Assembly (NCBI RefSeq): GCF_000039765.1
Contig: NC_004459.3
Location: forward strand, 2,331,127 to 2,363,126
Length of the DNA: 32,000 nucleotides
DNA from: Vibrio vulnificus CMCP6
GTDB taxonomy: Bacteria > Pseudomonadota > Gammaproteobacteria > Enterobacterales > Vibrionaceae
Reading direction: 5' to 3'
Positions 16,295 through 22,776 of the stretch are shown one piece after another (position 1 is the first letter of the stretch; the number at the start of each line of letters is the position of its first letter). The notes under the pieces were generated by a model, which saw nothing but the letters and a program-made list of their open reading frames with translations, was not told the origin of the DNA and made no database searches. A program made the translations under genes and the position numbers.

Positions 16295-16926
16295 TACAGC
16301 TCAACCTCAGCGGGTGCGATGATCGAAGCGTCGTAGTTTTCCGCTAGTTTCGGTAGCGTCATTGCAGAAGCTTTCCAACCTTTGTGGATTAAGGTGCCGT
16401 TAAATGGCGCATTACCAGTTACGTTTCCGACTAAACGAATCGCTTGAGGGTTAAAGCCTTCTTCGACCACAATGCGGCTCTCTTCGTCTTCGTTACGGAT
16501 CGCTTCAAGCGTTACGTACTCTTTTAGGACTTTTTGGCCACCGCTATGAATAACACGCGCTGCTGCGCCCACTTCTTCATCAGAGAATGAGGTGAGATCT
16601 TCTTGTAGGAAGTCAATCAAGCGAGCTTCTTGTTGCATGATAGAAAGCAGTTGCATCGCAGAATCGGTGGATGCGGTGGCAAGCTTAGATTCCACTTCAA
16701 CCACTTTTTCAATCACTTTCTCAACTTCAACAACTTTCTCTACTTCGACGATTTTTTCGACCGGTTTTTCGACTTCAACGATTTTTTCTACAGGCTTCTC
16801 AACCACTTTCTCGATCACTTTGGATTTACGAGAAACCGCCACGAGTAGTAATAAAACGCTCGATGCCGCTAGACCTGCGTGAAGCATATCGAACGTTTGA
16901 GGAATAAGGTTTAAATCAATGTTCAT
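16294..16926 (-). CDS. Membrane-anchored DUF2760 domain protein
   Basis: It has an N-terminal transmembrane helix (HAGLAASSVLLLLVAVS) and a VEK-repeat linker. The C-terminal AMQLLSIMQQEARLIDFLQEDLTSFSDEEVGAAARVIH...RLVGNVTGNAPFNGTLIHKGWKA matches my recollection of the DUF2760 family. Confidence 0.8.
   Translation of the reverse strand: MNIDLNLIPQTFDMLHAGLAASSVLLLLVAVSRKSKVIEKVVEKPVEKIVEVEKPVEKIVEVEKVVEVEKVIEKVVEVESKLATASTDSAMQLLSIMQQEARLIDFLQEDLTSFSDEEVGAAARVIHSGGQKVLKEYVTLEAIRNEDEESRIVVEEGFNPQAIRLVGNVTGNAPFNGTLIHKGWKASAMTLPKLAENYDASIIAPAEVEL
16690..16818 (-). repeat. In-frame V-E-K periodic repeat encoding the linker of the DUF2760 protein
   Basis: aa 37-79 read VIEKVVEKPVEKIVEVEKPVEKIVEVEKVVEVEKVIEKVVEVE. 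The 10-aa unit VEKPVEKIVE occurs twice in tandem (16744-16803). The two copies differ at 6 of 30 nt, and every difference is synonymous. Confidence 0.85.
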
Positions 16927-17218
16927 GCTAATTTTTCTCTATTCGATTGATTTAAAGGTGCATAGATTGGCTCGCGATAGACGACATAGACGGGCGAATT
17001 TGCGATTTGCACCTAGTTTAGACGTAAAAATGGTGACGAATATTAGCATATTCAAGTTGGTAGGCTGTAATAAAAGCGCTTTTAGGGCAGAATTCTGAGT
17101 TTGTTTGCTGAAAAAAACGACATAACAGTTTGTCATTCTGTTAAATGGCTTGATGTTTGTGTGGTTATCGTGTTTATTGGCATTGGATTCGGTTTGTTGG
17201 ATTTAAATGGATTTGTAA

Positions 17219-18766
17219 GTGGGTCAACCAGTTTCTCTTTTGTCTTATCGATGGTTTAGAAGGCACTCGGCGTCGATTTTTGCCTTTGTCGCAACGTTAT
17301 TTGCAACCTGTGTATTTTTGCTCATTGCAAGTCATATCCAGCAGCGCTATACCCATACCATGTTTAATAATTTGGCTGAGCGACAAGCCGAAGCCCTCAA
17401 AGAGTTCGTTAAAAACGATTTGGATTATATCGGCTCTGGAGCCAATTTCTTCTATTCTGTCGCGCCTGAGGATTGGGACCGCTTTGAAGTGTTTGCCCGC
17501 CACACCGTTTCATCTTCACAAAGTTTGATTGGTTTGCAGTGGATGCAAAAGGTGGCGCCTGAGCAACTGGAACAGCACATTGCCAATGTGCGTGAAACTT
17601 TCCCCGATTTTTCGGTTTTTACCGTCCCTAAAGATCAACCCAAAACTTACGGCTACGTGTTTTCCGATGGCAGGGCCATTTACATTGCGAGCGATATTTA
17701 CCCTCGAACGCCGAAAAACATTGAGTTGCTGGGTTTCTATTCTTCTCGCCTGCGTTTTGATTTGATTTTGGACGACATCTTTAGCACAGGCCGAGCCAAC
17801 ATTTCCGATAAAGTGCGTCTATTACAAGACGGCTACGACCAATCATTAGATAAGACCGGCTTGTTGGTTTATCACCCCGTTTTTGACCAGCGTAGAGAGT
17901 CACTGCTTGGTGTGGTGGTTGGTGTGATTCGCAGTACCGTTTATTTCGAAGAGCTGGTGATGAAAACGGCGACTGAACTCAACATGGTGGTCAAAGTGAC
18001 GGACTTAGGGTTTGATGCGGAGGACGATCCCATTTTGTATCAGAGCCCCAATTGGTCAAGCATTGAGGGCGAGATCGTCGTGAAGCCGGTCACCTTACCA
18101 AACCGTTCATGGCGCATCGAATTTAAACTCGAGAAAGGGCTGTCGAAATGGGACCGACTGGTTTTAATCGGCATTGCGGTGATTGGCGTGGTGATCGCCA
18201 CCTTGGTTGCGCATATTGTCAACTTGCAGACGCGTGAGAAACAACGCTTGAGTTATATGCTCAATGAAAAAACCAAAGAGTTGCAATTTATGGTGGATCA
18301 CGATCCACTGACGCACACACTTAACCGCCGTGCTTTTCGTCATGATTTGACTCAGATGCTAGAAAAGCAGGCGGCGTTTAGTCTGATTGGCTTTGATATT
18401 GACCACTTTAAGCAAATCAATGACCGCTATGGCCATTTAGGTGGCGACCAAGTGTTGATTGATGTTGCCGATGTGATTGGCACTGTGTTGCAAGAGGGGG
18501 ATCGTTTCTATCGTTTTGGTGGCGATGAGTTTGGTATTCTCTCTTCTGTTACAGAGCGTTCTGAATTGGAGTGTTACTTAGAAGCCATCCGTGATCGTAT
18601 AGAGAAAACGGCCTGTTATTACCAAGATACCGAGATTCATTGCACCCTGAGTATTGGGGCTGCCGTCCACTGCGACGAAGAATTGGAGGATTTGGTGCAA
18701 AAAATGGATGTGCAGCTCTATCGAAGTAAAGATAAGGGACGAAACTGCGTGACAATTGCAGCCTAA
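17219..18766 (+). CDS. CHASE-domain sensor diguanylate cyclase (TM, CHASE, TM, GGDEF)
   Basis: The periplasmic region with SLIGLQWMQKV...LLVYHPVF is CHASE-like. The second transmembrane helix is LVLIGIAVIGVVIATLVAHIV. GGDEF is at 18518-18532. The I-site position reads QEGD, so there is no RxxD. The GTG start is uncertain. Confidence 0.85.
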   Translation: MGQPVSLLSYRWFRRHSASIFAFVATLFATCVFLLIASHIQQRYTHTMFNNLAERQAEALKEFVKNDLDYIGSGANFFYSVAPEDWDRFEVFARHTVSSSQSLIGLQWMQKVAPEQLEQHIANVRETFPDFSVFTVPKDQPKTYGYVFSDGRAIYIASDIYPRTPKNIELLGFYSSRLRFDLILDDIFSTGRANISDKVRLLQDGYDQSLDKTGLLVYHPVFDQRRESLLGVVVGVIRSTVYFEELVMKTATELNMVVKVTDLGFDAEDDPILYQSPNWSSIEGEIVVKPVTLPNRSWRIEFKLEKGLSKWDRLVLIGIAVIGVVIATLVAHIVNLQTREKQRLSYMLNEKTKELQFMVDHDPLTHTLNRRAFRHDLTQMLEKQAAFSLIGFDIDHFKQINDRYGHLGGDQVLIDVADVIGTVLQEGDRFYRFGGDEFGILSSVTERSELECYLEAIRDRIEKTACYYQDTEIHCTLSIGAAVHCDEELEDLVQKMDVQLYRSKDKGRNCVTIAA

Positions 18767-18855
18767 TTAGCCAAACGAAACCGCGTAAGTCGAGTTTCTG
18801 TTTTGATTAAGGTACACTTCCGCGCTTTAACTGGTTGGGAAACGAAAGGCGATTT

Positions 18856-19386
18856 ATGAACCATAACCGAATTGTTTGCTTTGATTTAGAAATGTGTTGC
18901 TGGAACGAAGATGGCGTTGGGCGCACGGGCGAAATCATTGAAATCGGTTTAGCAGAGATTGATTTGCTCAAAGGTGAAATCGTCAAGCGTGCTCAATACT
19001 ATGTGAAGCCTGAGCATGATGAAGTGTCGCTATTTTGCGCTGAGTTGACAGGTATTACGCCACGTAAGATCGAAAAGCAGGGCAGGCCGTTGGCCGAAGT
19101 GATTAAATCGATGATCAAAAATTTCGGTGGCAGCAATAAAATCTACGCTTCTTGGGGGCGTGATGACCGAATCCTTATGCAAGAATGCCAAGAAAAAGGC
19201 ATAGATGCGCCATTTAATGAGTTCATTAATATTGCGACGTTGTACCGAATTCAACATCGCTTGAAGGACAAGCGTATTGGCCATCGTGCCGCGCAAGAAG
19301 CCAAAGGCATTGAGTGGGAAGGGCGCCAGCATTCTGGTTACGTAGATGCTTATAACCTCGCTAAACTGGCATTAACCATGTTCTAA
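18856..19386 (+). CDS. DEDDh 3'-5' exonuclease (ERI-1/KapD-like)
   Basis: The ExoI motif is IVCFDLEMCCW. The C-terminal HSGYVDAYNLAKL is an H-x4-D ExoIII motif. AAAGG lies upstream of ATG 18856, so the track start at 18835 is rejected. Confidence 0.8.
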   Translation: MNHNRIVCFDLEMCCWNEDGVGRTGEIIEIGLAEIDLLKGEIVKRAQYYVKPEHDEVSLFCAELTGITPRKIEKQGRPLAEVIKSMIKNFGGSNKIYASWGRDDRILMQECQEKGIDAPFNEFINIATLYRIQHRLKDKRIGHRAAQEAKGIEWEGRQHSGYVDAYNLAKLALTMF

Positions 19387-19418
19387 CGGGTGGATGGCCA
19401 AATACATCGTATCTGTAA

Positions 19419-19450
19419 TAAAAAAACGCGCCTCGGCGCGTTTTTTGTTT
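19419..19450. terminator. Bidirectional intrinsic terminator
   Basis: AAAAAACGCGCCTCGGCGCGTTTTTTGTTTTT has a GC stem CGCGC/GCGCG flanked by an A-tract and a T-tract. It lies between the convergent exonuclease and TerB-like genes. Confidence 0.8.
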
Positions 19451-19482
19451 TTCGTTGAGTTTGTTGTGACGCTATTAAAAAA

Positions 19483-19929
19483 CTACTTATCGAGCACTTG
19501 CAGTTTGGCGCGTATAAAGTCGCTGTGGTCGACATAAAGCAGTTCGGCGGTTTTACGAATGACGGCGTCTTCCAATGGATCAATCTCGCCATCTGCGTGG
19601 GCGACTTCCCACATGCCTTTAATCAAATCAAAGCGGACTTCTTGAGACAACTTTCTAAGCTGAGAGGTGAAATCATACAAAGAGGCTGATTCAGCGACAC
19701 CACTTTGTGCTTGCGTAAGTAACGCTTCTACTTGGGTATCGTCGAGATTGAGTAGGCGTTTGAGTAACTGCCTTTTAACGGCTTGCTCACGCTCATCGAT
19801 TTGGTAATCGGCACCGGCGACTTCACAAAGTAGGCTCGCAATGGCCAAATTTGGGTTGGTCGCTTTGTGCTTACTGAGGTCAGAACCCTCAATAAGCTCC
19901 TTAAATAATGAAGTTAATACATTAAACAT
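19483..19929 (-). CDS. TerB-like (tellurite-resistance/DjlA-N-type) domain protein
   Basis: 148 aa of acidic helical repeats with paired AxADxxIDxxE-type motifs (EVAGADYQIDEREQ, EVAHADGEIDPLED), characteristic of the TerB fold. ATG 19929 is preferred over TTG 19944. Confidence 0.65.
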   Translation of the reverse strand: MFNVLTSLFKELIEGSDLSKHKATNPNLAIASLLCEVAGADYQIDEREQAVKRQLLKRLLNLDDTQVEALLTQAQSGVAESASLYDFTSQLRKLSQEVRFDLIKGMWEVAHADGEIDPLEDAVIRKTAELLYVDHSDFIRAKLQVLDK

Positions 19930-20000
19930 AGTGTTCACCAGCAAACGAGGTTAACTACAACATGAAGTCATTTGCGTCATTTTACAAGGTGTGAGGCAGA

Positions 20001-20360
20001 TTAATATCCGTCACTGTCGTCGTTCTCTTCGAGAATTTCGATCACTTCAGAGCTTGAGAGCTCATGGCCCATCAGGAAGAGAGCCAACATGGCGTCGGCT
20101 TTGGTTTTTGTGTCACTGGCTTCATCGAGAATGTGTTCAAAGCGCTGTCTTATCATGGCAATTTCATGTTCGACAAAGCCACGACCTTCTTCATCGCCTT
20201 GGTTTTCTTCTGGAGCATTATCGAATTCAAGAAACAGCAAATTGTCGTCAAGGCGCGTATTTACCAGCCTTTCTGGCAGCCATTCTTCTCCCATCACAAC
20301 ATCAGGATCGTGACCATCTGGCAAGCTAAGGAGAAAAGTTTTCAGTTCTGAGGCTTTCAC
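20001..20360 (-). CDS. Highly acidic small protein of unknown function
   Basis: 119 aa with about 31 D/E against about 9 K/R. There is no signal peptide. It is co-directional with, and 71 nt upstream of, the TerB-like gene. No family recognised. Confidence 0.5.
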   Translation of the reverse strand: MKASELKTFLLSLPDGHDPDVVMGEEWLPERLVNTRLDDNLLFLEFDNAPEENQGDEEGRGFVEHEIAMIRQRFEHILDEASDTKTKADAMLALFLMGHELSSSEVIEILEENDDSDGY

Positions 20361-20477
20361 ATTAAATTCAAATAAATGACAATATCTATTATTGTAACGG
20401 CTAATTGATAATGAACATAAGAGCTTTTCTTCTGTTTGATGAATTAATCAGCGTAATTAACTGGAATTTAAACAAAA

Positions 20478-21782
20478 ATGAAAAATAAATGGCTGGCTTT
20501 AAGCCTACTTGTTGGCTTAGGTGGGACACAAAGCGCTTTGGCTGCACAAGAGGAAAACTGGGGCATCGCCGCAATGTACCGCACAGCGTCGATTCCTTTT
20601 GATACGCAAGGAGGCGATCAAACCGTTAGTACCTTTGTACCGATGATGTTTTTTGACAATGAATATGTCTTTATTCGCGGCATCGAAGGGGGCGCGTATT
20701 TGTGGCAGTCAGAAGAGCAACAATTGCAATTTAATGCGCTGACGCGTCTACGTTTTATCGATATTCCCAAGATTGCACAAAACTCTATCGAAGGTGACAA
20801 AGCGGACTTCGGTGGACAATTGAAATATCAAATTGACGACCAGTGGCGTTTTGAAGTGGAACTGATGTCTGACGACAGTTTCCGTTTTCACTCCAACTAC
20901 CGCTTGGCCGCCAAATATGACTTTGGCGACTGGGAGCTAGAGCCTTCAGTCACGCTGCGCTACAAAGACGCTGATTTCAACAGCACTTACTATGCGTTCT
21001 CTGATATCACCAAGCAGAACATTGGCGCGGGTGTGGACGCCAATATCGCGTTGAAAGGCCGTTACCACGTTATCTCCAATCTTTATTTGCTCGGCCAAAC
21101 CAGCATCACACGTTTAGATAACAATGCTTACAACAGCGATGCGGTGGAAGATCGTTATGAGGGGGAGTTTTACGTTGGCTTTGGTTTCTTTAACGATAAA
21201 ACCAAAGAACGAAAGTCTAACCTGAAAAACAAGCCATATCTGCGTGTGGCGCACGGTTGGGGAACGCCGTCGAACATTGGTGAGATATTCAAATTTGAAC
21301 ACGAAAAAGATCCTTACAATAACCAGCTAACGTCACTGTTCTATGGCCATCCGTTGACAGATGAGTTGTTCGGACTGCCGCTAGATCTTTACTTGCATTC
21401 GGGCATTGCGCACCACTGGAGTTCAGAAGTGCAAAGCTCAAGCACAGAGACCGTGGTCTCTATCAAAGCGTATTACACCTTTAACTGGCCGACACAATGG
21501 CGCTTTGGTGTGGCAGAAGGGATGTCTTATATCGACAACATCACTTATATCGAACAAAGTGAAATGGATCGCAAGGGTTATACTCCAAGCCATCTACTCA
21601 ATTACCTCGACTTTTCGTTTGATGTGAATGTGGGTGACTTGGTGGGTAAGAACGATTGGAAGAACGTTTGGTTTGGCTATTCCTTGCATCATCGTTCTGC
21701 GATCTTTGAAAAAGCCTCTCAATTTGGCCGAATCAAAGGCGGCAGCAACTACAATACGATTTATCTGCAGTTCGATTTCTAA
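20478..21782 (+). CDS. Outer-membrane beta-barrel protein with a MipA/OmpV-like N-terminal half and a C-terminal half containing an H-x-S motif
   Basis: Signal peptide ...QSALA|AQEE. It shows an alternating beta-strand pattern and ends in the OMP signature YLQFDF. The N-terminus WGIAAMYRTASIPFDTQGGDQTVSTFVPMMFF is MipA-like. Confidence 0.7.
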   Translation: MKNKWLALSLLVGLGGTQSALAAQEENWGIAAMYRTASIPFDTQGGDQTVSTFVPMMFFDNEYVFIRGIEGGAYLWQSEEQQLQFNALTRLRFIDIPKIAQNSIEGDKADFGGQLKYQIDDQWRFEVELMSDDSFRFHSNYRLAAKYDFGDWELEPSVTLRYKDADFNSTYYAFSDITKQNIGAGVDANIALKGRYHVISNLYLLGQTSITRLDNNAYNSDAVEDRYEGEFYVGFGFFNDKTKERKSNLKNKPYLRVAHGWGTPSNIGEIFKFEHEKDPYNNQLTSLFYGHPLTDELFGLPLDLYLHSGIAHHWSSEVQSSSTETVVSIKAYYTFNWPTQWRFGVAEGMSYIDNITYIEQSEMDRKGYTPSHLLNYLDFSFDVNVGDLVGKNDWKNVWFGYSLHHRSAIFEKASQFGRIKGGSNYNTIYLQFDF

Positions 21783-21813
21783 CTGATCATTTAATCTGTG
21801 TTGCAAACATTAG

Positions 21814-21845
21814 AAAGCAGGGGCGTGAATGCCCCTGCTTTTGTA
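21814..21845. terminator. Bidirectional intrinsic terminator
   Basis: AAAGCAGGGGC-GTGAAT-GCCCCTGCTTTTGTA lies between the convergent OMP gene and the 306-aa gene. Confidence 0.85.
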
Positions 21846-22766
21846 TTAACGATTGTCCTGTGGTATCGCTCTAACCAAACGCACGTAATACTGTGTCCAG
21901 TCCGATAGGCTTCCTAATGTATATAAAGTGTACATGTATGAAACATGTAAGCGATTGTCACTTGTTGTGCCTAGATTCGGCACGTTTTTGAACGAGACGC
22001 TGTACCCTGCTTGAGTGGCAAAAAGTTGGTTCAGTGGGTAGTAGTTGTCGCTATAGTGATTGCTCAGTCTCTCCAGCCCCAACTCTTTATCTCCCCAGTG
22101 AAACGCATTTGAAAACTTGTTGCGACTTGTTGTGGCTGCAACCCACTCTGGCGCATTTGCTTTGAGCCAAGGAACCAGTTCTTTATAAACGTAATCTGAG
22201 GTTTCTTGTGACCATTCACCATTTAGAAGCTTATGGCTGCTTTCCAACCACTCAACGACCTTTTCGTCTACCTCCGGGTTGGACTGACGTTTTTTCTCCA
22301 GTGCAACCAGGTTGTCTTGGTGTCGTTGGTAGAGAATATCGAACTTCTCTTTGTACGGAGCAACCGCTTGATATAACTGCTCCAGTGCTTCGGTCGTTTG
22401 TGACAGCTTAAAGAACTCAGGATAAGTCCCATAGCGGCAGCTCTGATCGGTAATGGTAATCAGCTCTTGGGTATGAGGCAGTCGCCATGTGAGTGCAGCG
22501 TCACTCTCGGCTTGATTGAAGGTTTCAATGAGTTCGACAAGATTCCCTCGTTTTTCCAAAATAGCGTCACCTGCGCACTGTTCACCTTGCTGACCCATTG
22601 GACACATCATCCATTGAAGGTTGGTTCTGTTGTCGTTGATCACCCAATAGTTTGTGCCGTGGTAATCGATCGTGGCTTTTTCAAAACGCCCCTCTTCAGG
22701 AAGGCATTGCGCATAGAGCGGAGTTGAGAGTACCGCTGCTAATGAGATGAGAAAAGTCGTTTTCAT
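21846..22766 (-). CDS. Secreted protein with an N-terminal DUF1566 (Lcl C-terminal-like) motif set
   Basis: Signal peptide ...TPLYA|QC. NRTNLQWMMCPMGQ and TWRLPHTQELITI (WRLP at 22476-22487) match the DUF1566 signature (tGLmWq ... WRLPt..EL). The C-terminal ~190 aa are unassigned. Confidence 0.6.
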   Translation of the reverse strand: MKTTFLISLAAVLSTPLYAQCLPEEGRFEKATIDYHGTNYWVINDNRTNLQWMMCPMGQQGEQCAGDAILEKRGNLVELIETFNQAESDAALTWRLPHTQELITITDQSCRYGTYPEFFKLSQTTEALEQLYQAVAPYKEKFDILYQRHQDNLVALEKKRQSNPEVDEKVVEWLESSHKLLNGEWSQETSDYVYKELVPWLKANAPEWVAATTSRNKFSNAFHWGDKELGLERLSNHYSDNYYPLNQLFATQAGYSVSFKNVPNLGTTSDNRLHVSYMYTLYTLGSLSDWTQYYVRLVRAIPQDNR

Positions 22767-22776
22767 ATGTGCTTCC

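Noticed and set aside
16956-17014. 7-bp inverted repeat AGGTGCA...TGCACCT in the Hsp70-operon/cyclase intergenic region; also repeated TGAATCAA motifs at 7419-7451 between the pilin and binding-protein genes
   Set aside because: The arms are short, the spacer is long (45 nt) or there are only two copies, so these are within chance expectation for AT-rich intergenic DNA.
17157-17528. 123-aa plus-strand ORF overlapping the 5' end of the CHASE-GGDEF gene in another frame
   Set aside because: The competing frame continues for 515 aa with transmembrane, CHASE and GGDEF features. This ORF has Cys/Trp-rich, non-protein-like composition.
19483-19929. TerB-like protein as the missing J-domain co-chaperone (DjlA-like) for the Hsp70-like operon
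   Set aside because: DjlA has a TerB-like N-domain, but this protein is only 148 aa with no J-domain or HPD motif. It is also separated from the operon by two unrelated genes on the opposite strand.
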